DNA from: Cycas panzhihuaensis
Taxonomy: Eukaryota; Plantae; Cycadophyta
Length of the DNA: 64,000 bases
NCBI GenBank assembly: GCA_023213395.1
Contig: CM041465.1
Coordinates: forward strand, 157,177,741-157,241,740
Reading direction: 5' to 3'
This document shows positions 1 through 14,000 of the stretch, in pieces (within the stretch, counting starts at the first letter, position 1; the number at the start of each line of letters is the position of its first letter). The notes below the pieces were generated by a model, which saw nothing but the letters and a program-made list of their open reading frames with translations, had not been told where the DNA came from and made no database searches. The position numbers were made by a program, and so were the translations under genes.

Positions 1-1032
1 GTTGATGAAATTACTCAAAACCTCATAAAATTTATATTTTATAACCTTAAAAAAAAGGATATTCTAATATTTTAAAAGGCTTTAAAAATGATGGTAGAGT
101 ATTTTTAAAAGATGATGAAAGAGAAAAGAAGTTTTATTTTAAATGAAACAATTTAAGGCTCATTTATGATATTTGAAGGTTCAAAATCAATTGAAAAATA
201 AATGAAATGAGAAATATTTGATGAGTTATTGACATTAAAATTATATACAAATGTTGGACATGAAAATTTTCCCTTGGAATTGAACATATTTAATCTAGTG
301 AAGCTAGCCACTAATCAAATGAATAAAATCACTAGTTTGAAGAACATTTTTTTGATGAATAAATGATGCTTAACAATTGCACATGTTTGATGATTAATAA
401 CACTACATTATTATGTTAAGGGCCCTATTTATTTTGATTGATAGAGAGTTAAGGAGATTGAGAGAAATTCCACCTATTAATTAGATAAGGAGAAGTCTCA
501 TGTGATTGTATAATGGGAATACCAATTAGTTATTGATGTTGTCTAGTTAATATTTAGTTGTTAAGGTTGTCTAGCTAAAAGATGATGAGATGATGGTTTA
601 TTTATATTTGTTAATACTACCTTATTGCATCTAACTTATCTTGGCCAAGTAGTTTAATTTGTTCCTAGAGTTAGTTATTTTTGATATGATTATTTGATGA
701 TGTTTATAAATAGATGCCAAAAGGAAATGTACTAAAGTGTGCAAATAAGGAAACATACAAAAATAAAACTTGTTTACAAGAGGTAAGTACAAGTTTCATA
801 AGATTCTCTTATACAACACACTTAATTGTGTCATTCTTACTCATACATAAAAGGTGAGATTATGCTACTCTTATAATAAACATTTTAAAAGTTGATGAAC
901 CATGTATCTAAAGTAATTACCTAAAGAACTAACAATTACAAAGGTTGGTTACCCATATATTTTGATAGATGGTTATTGTTTTATATGGACTCAAAAATTT
1001 ATTTATTTATTTATTTATTTGATTTCATAAAG

Positions 1033-1881
1033 TGTTAATGAAAGAAGTTATATAGGTGAAGATATGAAGATGTTTAGGAAAACACTTCATATATTAGTGA
1101 TATTGATGTTGGTAAATGATGATGGTTAATATTTATAGGTTGGTTGTTTATAATTAATCACTAATATATATAGATGACTACATGTTTACTATATATGGGT
1201 TGATAAAGTACATAGGTTAATACTTGCAAGAGATAAATATAATGGATGGTAAATTATAGGTTATAGGTGATATAAAAATATACAAGATATAAGTTATAGG
1301 ATCTAGCATACTAGCTAAAGATCAAGGGATGAACACATGAAGATGAAAAAAATGAAGACCAAGATTTAAAAACATTAAATATCAATGGGAAATATTAGAA
1401 TATGTGATTTAATAAAATATGTAATGTTTAATATTATGTGATATACACACGCACTATCCTACTATTCACATGCATTAAGATATATAAGATGCATACACAT
1501 CCATACAAAGATGCTACTGGATGATGTAAAGGATCAAGAGAAGCAATAGGCTACTCACAAGATGAATCTTGATATAAATATATACACACACCACTTCAGA
1601 ACTTGAGAGAAATGAGATGTACTTATTTTGATCATTATGAAGAGCTCAAAACTCCACCTTCTCCTATGATTTTTTTCATACTGAATTTTCTATGTATAAA
1701 TCAATTGTCTCTTTCATGGTAAATGCTTATGATGCTTATCGTGTATGATTTATCTATCTGATGATTTATATTAATGTTTATTCATTATGTATATATATAC
1801 TCATAAGATTATTCTGTTATTATAATTACATCTTATAATTCTATTATAGTATACTCTATATTTCTAGTATGGTATCAAAGT
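1033..1881 (+). mobile_element. Possible degenerate LTR followed by a decayed tRNA-iMet PBS
   Basis: Begins TGTTAA at 1033. TGGTATCAAAG at 1870-1880 is one mismatch from the TGGTATCAGAG PBS seen intact at 29304 and 55997. No partner LTR found; left boundary uncertain. Confidence 0.3.
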
Positions 1882-2399
1882 GTAATTATAAATTCTAACA
1901 AGAAGAATCTTTTTTTTTTATAGGTAAAATCTTCATAAAGTGGGATTAACCCTTTAGCATAAGACGTTGTGGGGTAGGGGGGTATTATTCCACTGAAATT
2001 ACCTAAGACTTACAAGTGGACCCACCTACTTTGGAGATAATTGCAACATGCCACTCCAAGACTTCTAAAAATCTTGAAGCTAATAAAAGTTATGAAAGGC
2101 CTAAAATGGATCATGATATTTGATCACTCAACAACCAATAGTTTTCCAACCTATAACCACTCTACCCTCTTAGGTCCAAAAATATCATGACTCAAAATCT
2201 AAGAAAATAACTAAATAAGTTAACCTTTAGCCACTTTTCCATCCTAGGCCTAAATACCATTATAATCTAAATGACCACTACCATCTCTATTGACCATTAA
2301 GAATTACATTATGAGCCATCATTACCATAAATACCTCTATCACTAAGCACTAGAAAAAATATATTGAAATTGGATGAAAACAATGGGAGGGAGAAGAAC

Positions 2400-3520
2400 C
2401 TTAAAAACTATTATTAAAAAGAAATATTTTGGATGGCCTTCTATAAGGTAGAAAGGCCTAAGATGGTTTGCCTCTTCCTAATTTATGTTTAGCCTCAACA
2501 ATGTTAAGGTTTAAGGTTTTTTTATATTTTAGAGTAATTTAGAAAGCTTGGTATGGCTTAAAGAAATTTATCAAACTTAGATAACTTTCTTGAGGTTATA
2601 TAACTCTTTAGGTCTTTGATCTATTTGGTCTTCTAATTTTTATTTTATTATAAAGAATTACTCAACATAGGTCAAATGGTATTAATCACTTGGGTGATTT
2701 AAATTAGGCATTAATTCTCTACTTAGTTTTTAGGATTGTATAAGAGCTAATTAGAAATCTTAGTCTAAATTTACTAAAGAATTTAATATTGATAAAAAAG
2801 ATAAAAAGATAAATAAGTTTTTATTAATATTTTATTCATCCTTTCTAAAAGATTTTCTGATGGATTAAATTATTTTTCTAGTGATCTATGGATAAGAGAT
2901 TGGGAATGTCTCTTTAGAACTCCTCTATATAAATCTTCCACCAAAGATCTTTACTTCCATTTTTCTACTTCACCTAGATTTTTGTATATGCAAGTTACAT
3001 TGGTAATTTTGTTGGTCTTTAGAGAAATGATTTAAGGTCTTTAGAAGAATTTAAATTTTTTAACTTCTTCATAGAAAAAAAATATTATGGAAGATCAAAA
3101 TTAATAGAATCCCTACTAAATAGAAACTTATAAAATATGGTCCTTCTATAGATGACTGTGATTTTTATAGTAATTTAAAAACATTTTGACATCTTTTTTG
3201 GTCTTGTTTATTTACAAAAAATATTTGGGATGCTATTTTACCTATATTTAAATTAATTATTGGTCTTAAAATTATATGGAGATATGTATTTAAAGGACTA
3301 AACTCTAAAAATTTACTTTTAGAAGAAGCTTGGTCTACTTATTTCGTTGAAACTCTCTCAAATATCTAGAAACTAAGATGTAAAGGTATTTTTGGAGAAA
3401 AGAATTATGTTAGACTTGGTAGCATATGTGCATATGCCATCTATGAGGAGTGTATTTTGCAAGTCTCTTTTATTTTGGATATAAATCCAAAATAGGCTAA
3501 AGCTTTGATTTTATATAGTT
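2400..3520 (+). mobile_element. Highly decayed L1 LINE ORF2 3' fragment (zf-RVT region)
   Basis: Around 3150-3230 the + strand reads DCDF...ETF*HLFWSCLF.K.IW, matching the CxxC...E..HLFxxC knuckle seen in the better-preserved LINE (CVLC..DEESLDHISIHC). Boundaries approximate. Confidence 0.35.
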
Positions 3521-4124
3521 CTCTCTTTGTGCGTGGTTCTTTTCATCCAAGAGGCTAAGTACAGGGATTTTATAGTAAGTATAAAAGTGGTAGATCTAAT
3601 AGCTTCTCTCTAATTTAGCATGAGAAAACCCTATTTGTGGAATTATAGATTAAGATATTTAGTAGATCTCTTAATAATCAAGTAGGGGAGACTTCTCTTT
3701 TAAATGTTATCACCTAGGCTTCTTTTAATGCTAGTGGTTTGGAGTGTGCCCATTAAAGTTCTCCTAAGAGGCATGCTTCTAAATGGAGACCTAATAGGAA
3801 TTTTTAAACTTTTAATTAAGTTTATAACTTTATACTATTTGAGCTTAATGATACCTTAGAGTCCTCCCATTAATATACCTAGTAGAGTTATGTATGCTTT
3901 ATATGGAGGTGGTTCAATCATTCTAATAGATTCTTCTCTACTTTGAGTGCCTAAATGGATCTTAATATTATTTCAATTGAATTTAAAGGTAGTGAAAAAA
4001 TCAAGATGTTTGTCCCTAATGTTATTGGTTCAAGATGGGATTAGGTAGATTTTGAAATTGATAAATATGGTTCTTCACTTATGGGTTCTAATCTTTTGAA
4101 TCATACTTCTAAAATACTCTATAA

Positions 4125-4408
4125 TAATGGAATTAGAGGACAAAGAGAGTAAAATAAAATGTAAGAAAGAGTATGACAAACATTTTGTGAGAATGGTGGT
4201 ATTGATAAACACTAGGGTCTTCAGAGCCCTTGAATAAATAGATGAGATTAAGATGGATTTAACACACTTCCCAAGGTCTACCACCGATTGGCATTGATAA
4301 ATGCCTGATATGCTACCACCACAATATCTCAATGATATGGGTTATTACCCCAATATGGGTAATCTCCCTAAGATGGATACACACCCTAATATGGGTATTA
4401 TTCCAACA
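4125..4408 (-). repeat. 3' LTR of copia A
   Basis: Collinear with 17476-17759 and the same length, roughly 75-80% identical by eye. Adjacent to the purine tract GAGGGAGAAA on the minus strand. Confidence 0.85.
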
Positions 4409-4429
4409 TTTCTCCCTCATAATGCCCAT

Positions 4430-7400
4430 TTTAAGAGACTCTAAGTTTATTTCTAAATTTGATAAACTTTTTTTTATTAAGTGCCTTTATGAAAATGTCT
4501 ACTACTTTATCTGTAGTACTACAATAAACTAATTCCAATTCACCTTACTATACCAACTCTCTCATAAAGTGATGTTGTGTTTTAATATGCTTTATGTTGT
4601 TATGAAACACTAGATTCCTAATCATTAGAATTGTGCTTTGATTATCATAAAGTAACCATGTAGGACCAACCTATTTCTCTTGTAAATCTTGAAGAAATCT
4701 TCTAAGCCAAGTTGTTTCATAAGCTCTTGTTATAAATGCTTTATACTTTACTTTTATAGTTAAAAGATATACTATTGCCTATTTCTTTGAACTCCATGCT
4801 ACTATTACTGAACCCAAACTAAATGTATAACTTGAAGTAGATTTCAGTGTCATCTACACAACCTACTTAGTCTGAGTCTATATAGCCAATCAACCTATAA
4901 TCCCCTGATGACTTGTAATATAATCCATATCCAATAGTACCTCTAAGATACCTAAGAATACTTTTGGTTACTTACTAATGTTTTATCTTAGGCTTATGTA
5001 TAAATATGAAAACCACACTGACTATATACATGATATCTAGTCAAGTTGAAGTCAAGTAAATTAGGCTCTAAATCAACTACCTATAAAGTGTAAGATTAAT
5101 TGATTTTAATTCCTTAAACTTGGATAATTTTAACCTAACCTTTGTTGGTGTTACAAATGGCTTATAACTACTCATGTTAAACTTATGTAATATATCCAAT
5201 GTGTATCCCCTTTTCATCCTTCCATACTTTAATGCCTAAGAAGTAATGCATAAGTTTTAAGTCTCTCATCTCAATTTTTGTTGCACATATCTTTGTTAAA
5301 CCTTTGGGATAAATAATCATAATTCTCAATATACACTAGGTCATCCATATATAATCCCATAATTAGTATTGATATTTCTTCCAATTTTCTATATAAATTG
5401 GGGTCTGATTAGCTTCTTTGGAATCCTTTATCTTTGAAATACTTATCAATCTTAGAGTACCATGCTCTAGGTGCTTACTTGAGTCCATATAAGGCATTTT
5501 TGAGTTTGTAGACCTTTTCTTTTTCCTTTCACTTTACACCCCTTAAGTTATTAGACATAGATTTTTTCATCTATCTAGCCATTTAAGAAGGCACGTTTTA
5601 CATCTATTTAATAGATTATCTAACTTTGTTGTGTAATTAAGACCATGATTAACCTGTCTATTTCTAATCTTATAACAAGTGTAAATGTTTCATTATAATC
5701 AATGCCTTCAATTTGAGCATAGACCTTTACAGCTAACCTTGCCACATATTTATTAATGGACTCACCTAATTTATACTTAGTCTTATAAACCTATTTTATT
5801 CTAATAGTATTTTTTCTAAGTGGTAAATTTACTAACTCTGATATGTTATTTTTTACTAAGGCATTGTACTCTTCCTCCATTGCATTCTTCTATTCATCTT
5901 AACTATTTGCTTTTTCTAAGTTATGAGGCTCATTAGACTTTACAACTTGAGTCATAAGTGTAAAGTTCAACTTTTGAGATCTTGTTATTCTTCTCTCTCA
6001 AAGTTAATATCTAGGATGTTTTGAGGGTTATGAGCCCTTTGTACCTATTTTGGAACCCTTTGATTCAAGATAAAATGTCCTACTTTATTTGCATTAGGTA
6101 CATTTATACCTCTTGAGTTAGAGTCCACTTTAACCATAATATTTTTGCCTTTATCCTTTTCAATAACTTTCTCTTAATAAAATTCATCTTCTTTGAAGTT
6201 GATATCCTTACTTATAATAATCCTTTTTCCTTTTAGATCATAAAGTTTATAGGACCTTGATGAGTTACTATATCCTATGAATATATGTTTGGTATTTTTT
6301 TTATTTAATTTTATCCTCCTTTATTTTAGAACATGTGTATGAGCTATGCATCCAAAAACTCTAAGTGTTTAATACTTGGCTTATAACTTATTCAAGCTTC
6401 TTCAGGCATAACCCATCTTACTACTATGGTGGTGCATGTATTTAAAAAGTAGACATATGTATGTATAGCTTCTACCCAATGTTCATTACTTAGATGCTTG
6501 TCCTTAAACATCTTTTCATTTGAATAACTATCATATTCTTCTTTTTACAACCTTATTTTATTGAGCTGTATAAGGATTTGTGACCTATTTCCTTATGCCA
6601 AAATATATGTAATAATCTTTGAATTTATTTGAGATGAATTATCCCATATTATCTAATCTTAGAGTTAAAATTTTATGTCCACATTGTCTTTCAACCATAC
6701 TTCTAAAGTCAATGAAGCATCGAAATGCATCTTACTTAAACTTAAGAAAGTAAATATAAGTCATCCTTATGAAATCATCAATGAAAGTCATGAAATACTT
6801 GGCTCCTCCAAGTTAAGCCACGTCTATTAGACCACATAAATCATTGCATACTAATTAAATAGGCCTATTGGCCCTATAGCTTTTATTAGAGAATCCTTCT
6901 CTTTATTGTTTACCAAGTATACATCCTTCATATACTTCCTTAATATATTCAATGTTAGGTAGTCCTATCACCAGCTTTATTTTCTTTATTAAATCCAAAA
7001 TGTTATAGTTAATATGGCTAAGCCTTTCATGCCATGTTTCATTAATTATATTGGTTGAAACCTTTAAGGCATAATAATCAATTAGGAGAATAACTAGTTT
7101 GAATAATCTATCACTAGTCATTTGGCCTTTAGTAACTATTACTTTATTTCTTAGTTTATCCTTAATGGTATACTCCTCATTATCAAAGATCACTTTATAT
7201 TTTTACTTCATCATTTGTTCTATTAATAGTAAATTATTCTTAAGTGCTAGGACATGAAGGCATTCTCTTTGCTAACTATAGCTTGAATGGTATTATCACC
7301 AAACGTAATCTTACTCATCTTGGTGTTGTCCAATTTCTTAAACCACCCTTCTCTATGTGTCATGTGGGTGGAACATCCTGAGTTAATATACCAACTATCT

Positions 7401-8470
7401 CATTTTTCATTTAGCATTAAACTTGATAAAAAATGTCTTTTATTTTCTCTTTCTTCAACAATTGTATTAGAAATTTCTTATTTAAAGTTAGACCTTTTTA
7501 TAAAATGATTTTCCTCTAAGTGTCAACTTCTATAGAAATAGGAACATTGCATTATTCCTCTACTCCTAAGATTTCTTCTTCTTTATCCTTGGATTCTACC
7601 TCTAGGACTTTATCCTCTACCTCTTCCTTGAGGTATAAAATTTTATCCTTGACCTTTATTAAATTGGCTTTGAAAGTATCGTTATCCTTAGAATTGATTT
7701 TTCCCTTGATGATGACTTTGACCTTAATGATATTGTCCTTATATTTGATGAAATTAATTTTGATTTTTAGGTTGTTAATCTCTTCCTCTAAGAAATTATC
7801 CTCTTCCCATAAAACTTTACCTTTGAAAAGTAGGGCTTATCTTTGCCTTAGTGGTAAATATGTGCTCTAGAAATTCACTTCCCCTCTTTTTCTCCTCAAC
7901 AACAAGTAACATTGCACTCAATTAATCTATCTTATTAGGTCCTTAAAGACCTCAATACTTATGGTAATAATTTCAAATCTTTTAATGTCAGTAACGCATC
8001 TCAAGATCTTTTTTACTACCCTTTACTCACTTATGACTTATTCTAAGGCCCTCATTTTATTGAATAGGCCTTAGATTTTTGTTATACAGTCATTCACTCC
8101 TTCATTATTATTCATCCTAGAGTTCTCAAACTTACTCCTCAGTGTTTAAAGTTTCGATGCAACTACTTCTTCATAAGTAGTCTTCAATGCATCCCATGCC
8201 TCCTTTAATATAGTTGTTTCAATCACCCTTGAAAAAATATGATTCTCTAATATGCAGAAGATAAACACCAAGGCTTCATTATCTCACTTATTATTCTCCT
8301 TACAAGTCTTCTTTTAGTCTTCAGTAGCATTAGCCTCAAATGCTCCATAACCTATTTTAATCAAGTCCTACATATTCTTTGACACAAAAATGGGTTTTAT
8401 TTTTTTACTATAATTTAAAAAGTTAGTACCATCAAACTTTAGCATCATTACATTACTTATGCTTGAGTCC
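4430..8470 (-). pseudogene. Decayed copia gag-pol polyprotein (element A)
   Basis: Minus-strand motifs: protease WYINSGCSTHMT (7361-7396), integrase Zn finger WHERLSHIN...EGCILGKQ (ORF 6903-7193), RT LKNALYGLK*APRAW near 5460-5510, and RNase H region 4440-4900. Many stops and frameshifts. Confidence 0.85.
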
Positions 8471-11049
8471 ATAATGAAGAAATTGGCCTTAAAAGTAAAC
8501 TACTTAAAAAAGTAAAGTGCTTGAAAGAGATATAAAAATATACTAAAATAAGGTAATAAAGATATTAAAAGACACAAGTAAATTTTGTCCTCGTTCAACT
8601 TTGGGATATACACAAGTATCCTAATTAGGACTTAACCTCTTCCAAAGCAAGATTATTATATTAATAATGCTTACAAATTGAAATTTGGCTAGTTTTATTT
8701 AAGGGTCATCTCATAAGAAGCCCAAAATTAGCATCAACTTTGGTTATAAATATATTATATGATATTACTTCAAAAAATCTTGAAAGATAATTCACTTAAT
8801 AAATGATTGAAATATGAATCCAATGCCTTAAATGACACTCAATTTTGGCTTCATATGACTAAGTTATGCATTAAAAGTATAAGGAGGTCAAAAGGGATAA
8901 AGAGCCCTTTAGTACATAAACCATAAAGAAACTTTTCACCAACTTTTAGTCATTAAAAGTTTTATTAAATAAAGACCTAACATAGTTGTGTGACCATTCA
9001 TTTCATTCAGGTAGAAGTGTAAAATGCTTTGAAGTTGACAACTAAAAATGGACCCTACTAGTAACTAATATCACTAGTGAAGTAAAAATAAGTACTTATT
9101 TTGAATAATCTTTTAGAAAAAATAAATTAGCCTCTTTGAAAAATGAACTCCTGGTTATTTTTCTTTGTAATATGAATTGTAGGTTGTATGATAAGAGGGC
9201 TATAGGATGACAAAAACTAACTAATTATTTTAAACAAATGTGTATATATCAATATCAATCACATAAATGACAATTTTAAATAAAGATACATGGTACAAAT
9301 TAACTAGTTAGTACTTTAAATAAGTGCTTCAAATAAAAGGTATTAATATTCCTAGAGCATCGTCTATATATAACTATTAACTAATTTCTTGAGAATATCA
9401 TTAATATAGTCTATTCAGCCAAACATCTCCTTCTTTATATGAGAGGGGTAACTGAGTTGGCAAATAATGCAAACTAATCCTTTTGTAATTCAAAGGGTAG
9501 ATATAAAGACATGTAGCAGAAGTTAACAATCACAGTGCCACAAAGCCAGTAGCCATGGTGATAAGAATCTTTGTTAAATATTCAGAATGCTACCTTTCTA
9601 TAATCATACAGCTGCCATGTGTACTCAAAGTGACAAGAGTGGGTTGTAAGATCACTTGGACAAAGTGGAATGCCACAAAAACTAAAGGAACAAAGTGAGG
9701 TATAAAAATAAAAATAAAAAATGACATCCTATAAATATTTTCTAAGGTCTATTAAAGATATTAAAGACCATTGATATAAAAAAGTTTATATAATATATTA
9801 CAACTTTTTTGAGTCTACGTAATACCACTATGAAATAATATTGATGTTGTGTAGATAGACTTGATTGACAAAAATATGGAGGTAAATGAACAGAGGCACA
9901 AATGGGTATAGATCTATTGATTCTATATGTAGCTTCCAATTAAAGAGAGGAGACACAAATATAGGGCATCCAATTAGAGTGGGTTCTTTGTATTGCTTGG
10001 AAGGTCAAACTTCTCTCTTTAGGACATAAATTTGTGATTGCTTGATGAAACTCTGGAGGTGATGCAAGAAATATAGATGTAGAGAAGTGAGTCGCCAAAC
10101 CTCCTTAAATATTAGACTCCTATATTAGTGAGAAAATATAGAGAGCCACAGGAGAATACCATAGGCAATCAAAGATGATTAGAGATGATGAAAGCAAGGT
10201 TATAACAAATGAGGAATGTGTGTTGCACTCTAGAAAAGGAGGCTCAAGTAGACAAACTACTAAGGTAGTGCAAAATACCTCTCAATATACTAACTCTAAT
10301 TACTTATATAAAGTAAAGTGTTATTTAGAATTCAATGGAGAGATTTAAAGGCTCAACTAGAAAAATCACTCAAAGAAAATGGTGACATTAATAAGATGTT
10401 TAACCCAACTTTAAACCAAGAAGATCCAAGAAATAAATGGGCTAGTTCTTCCTTTGATAAATAGATAAGGAGCAAAGAGATTATGAAACACAACTAAGAT
10501 TAAACTTTAAAGCTGACTTACTAATAAAATATGCATAGAACTAGAAATATATTAATGAAGGAATTTTCCTTGCAATACCAAACAGTCACAGTTGTAGTCA
10601 AAAGCCTTTAAGTAAAGGGAATTGAGACAATAGGGTATAAATATAAAAAATATGTATCAAACTAAATGAGAGCAACTTGGAGATGTATTTGATTTAATAT
10701 ACATAAGCTTTATGTAATAGTGATAAGATAAATGATATGGCCTGTAGACACATAACATCAATATGAGTACAAATATAATTATGAAGGTCATGTAAAAACC
10801 AGACAAGAAAGGCCAAATGTAAATTATATAACACTTTTTTTTTATATGGTAAAAAATTAGAAGGGGTTTTAATAGGTCCCCAAACCTTTTACAATAGCTG
10901 CCTTTCAGCTAAAAACACAAGTGGCCATGACATGCCCATGGCCTAGCCAAGTTAGACTTGCACAACAATCACACACTTAACAAACTCCCCCATTCTGGAC
11001 TAACAAATCCAATCTAACCAGACTCAGGAGCTCCTCTTAAAAGTTCTCT

Positions 11050-14000
11050 CTCCACACCCAGTTTCCTTTATTTAACACTACCCAATTAGCCAGCCAATCT
11101 ATCGCAGCATTTCCTTCCCTATATGTGTGTCAGATCTAAGTGTTCTACTTGGATCTTAGGACATCCTAAGCATCCCTCACCATATCCACATTACCCCAGT
11201 CCACCTCCATCTCCACCTTGAGGATCCTAAACACATTCAGGGAATCTCCTTCTATTATCACCTTCATGTGTTCATCCTCATCTTCCATTACTACTGCTTT
11301 TTGCATAGCCCTAAGTTCTGCTATATGATTTATCTGATGACTATAGTATTCCACAAAGGCCCAGCTTATTATCCCATCATGGTTCCTGCATAAGCCCCCC
11401 CTCCTGCCTCACTAGGGTTCCCTTTAGATGCCCCATCGAAATTAATTTTTACCTAATACTCACTGGGCAGGCTTTAGTAACACATCCTTCTTTTCACTCT
11501 CCTACCAATTGGGCATTTAATTCCCTAGCCCACCATGATGCTTTCTTTCCCACTTGGGATCATGTCCTCTTCTAGGGGCTTAAGCATTTCTAAGGTTGCC
11601 CCTCGAATCATACCAAAGAGCCTATGTTCATCTAAATCTTTCCCTTGGAAGATCCTCCTATTGCGGTCCTTCCATATATTCCAAACCCCAACCAGTAAAA
11701 TTAGTTTCCATTGCAATCCCAACGTCTTACTCCTAAAGGGAGATTTCCACATCACCCACTGATCTAGCAGGGTCCTAGGGGCCACCCATTCTAGCCCTAG
11801 ATTGGACCAAAATTAGGCCTAGATACCCCTAGAGAAGGGGCAATGGATACTGATGTGGTCCAAAGACTCCTCATCCTTCCTACATAGCACACATCTATTC
11901 GGCAGGGAGAAGCCACGTTTATAAAGATTATCAATTATTAGAATCTTGTTCTGCAGACATAACCACCAAAAAGCCACCACCTTTGGAATAAGCCCCAACT
12001 TCCATACCCCATCCAACATAGCATTCTTAACCAATCCCCCTTCAAATAGGACGAATTGTATCCATCCTTTACGATGTATGGCCTAGAGAGGGATAATGAC
12101 CAAATCAAAATGTCCTCCATAGTTATTTTGGGGATATATCGATGGTTCAATTCACCCTTGAGGAACTAAATCCCCTCATCCAAGCCTTGTAATTCATCAA
12201 ACGATCTCCACTTCCTATTTTTTCCTTGTCCCTCCCAGTAATCCTTGACCAGTGGAATATAAGTTTCCTCACAAACACCTTGCATGTTACCGATGGATGG
12301 TAAATCTCTTAATTTGAAGTTAGCACACCATTTGTCCTCCCAAAATTTGATGCTTTCCCCATTCCCCAACTTCCATCTCAGATTGTTGCTTAAAATGGAC
12401 TTCAAGAAAAAGAGACCTTTCCATATAGAGGAGTTAAAAAGCCCACCAACCTCATCTTTCAAGAAGTGTCTATGCCCCAAGTACTTTTTGACCATGATAT
12501 TTCCCCATTGGGAGCCTTCCTCCTTCGCCAATCTCTAACCTAATTTAGCCATCAGTTCTTTGTTAAAGAGCCTCAATCTCCTAACATTGAGCCCCCTGCC
12601 CACCTAGGCCTACAAAACTTCTCCTAAGAGACCAAATGTATCCTATTCTTGTTCTCAGTTCTAGACTAGAGGAATCTCTTTTAGATGCCTTCTAAGATTG
12701 AAATAATCTTACTCAGCATCTTGAAGACTGACCTCATATAAATTGGGATACTTTATAAAGTGACCAACACCATCTGAATTTTACCTGCCAGACTGAGGAG
12801 AGCTCCTTCCCATCTAGCTAGCTTCCTCTAGAACCCATCCATAATGGGGTTCCAAAGGTCCTTGCCCATATTACCCACAAAAATAGGCATCCCTAGGTAA
12901 GTTATCAGAAGAGAACTAGTAGGAATCTCCAGTACCCTATTGATCCTCCTCTGAAGTCTCTCAGGGGTATTAATAAAATAGATAGAGCTCTTCTCCAGAT
13001 TGATTCTTTAGTTTGTGGCCTGCTCATAAGCCCGGAGCCCCGTCTTTAAAGCTCTGGCTTCCCGTAGGGAAGCCTTACCTAGAAAGATGTTATCATCAAC
13101 AAACTGATGGTGAATAATGTTTGCTAAGCTAGAGAAAGGCATGACCACTGACACCTAACTGATCCGTCTGGCCTCCTCGGTAGCCCTCCCTAATATTTCT
13201 GCCATAATAATAAACAGGTAGGGGGATAAAAGGTCCCCTTGCCTCAGTCCTCTAAAGCTTGAGAAAAAGGGAGTTGACATATCATTTATTAACATAGAGA
13301 ATGAAGGATTGGAGATGAAACACCTCACCCAGTCCCTCCATACCTCTCCAAAATCAAAAGCCTTGAGACAATCGAGAAGACAACCCCAGGTCACCCAATC
13401 ATAAGCCTTGGACATGTCAATTTTCATAATCATGCCTGCTTCTTTTCTATAGTAAACCAAATGAAGCGTCTCATGAACTATGATTATACCATCTACAATT
13501 TGTTTGCTCTTAGTGAACCCATCCTGATTTGGGGATATGATGAACAGTAAGCATTCCTTGAGTCTATTCACCAGTAATTTTACTAGGATTTTATATTTAA
13601 CATTGCATAGGCTTACCGGTCTAAAGTCCTCCATGACCTTCGCTCCCTACTTTTTAGGAATCAGCACCAAAAAAGTAGCCTACCACTTCTTTAGGATTAT
13701 TTTCTTCTTGTAGAATTCATTCAGGGCTAGTTTTAAATCCTCCTTGATTACGTTCCAAAACTCCTAAAAAAAACCCAATGGGAAACCATCTCACCCAGGA
13801 GCTTTATCGCAGCCCATGTTGAAGATTGCTTTCTCTATTTCCTCTAAAGTGAATGACTCTATCAACATTCTATTTTGGTCATCATTAATCAGTCTCGAAA
13901 TAAATCTCAGTAGGTCAGAACATAAGTATGGGTCCTGGCATCCTAGTTCTTCGAATAACTCCTTGAAATAGTCTAGCACTATGCCTTTGATTTATTCTTC

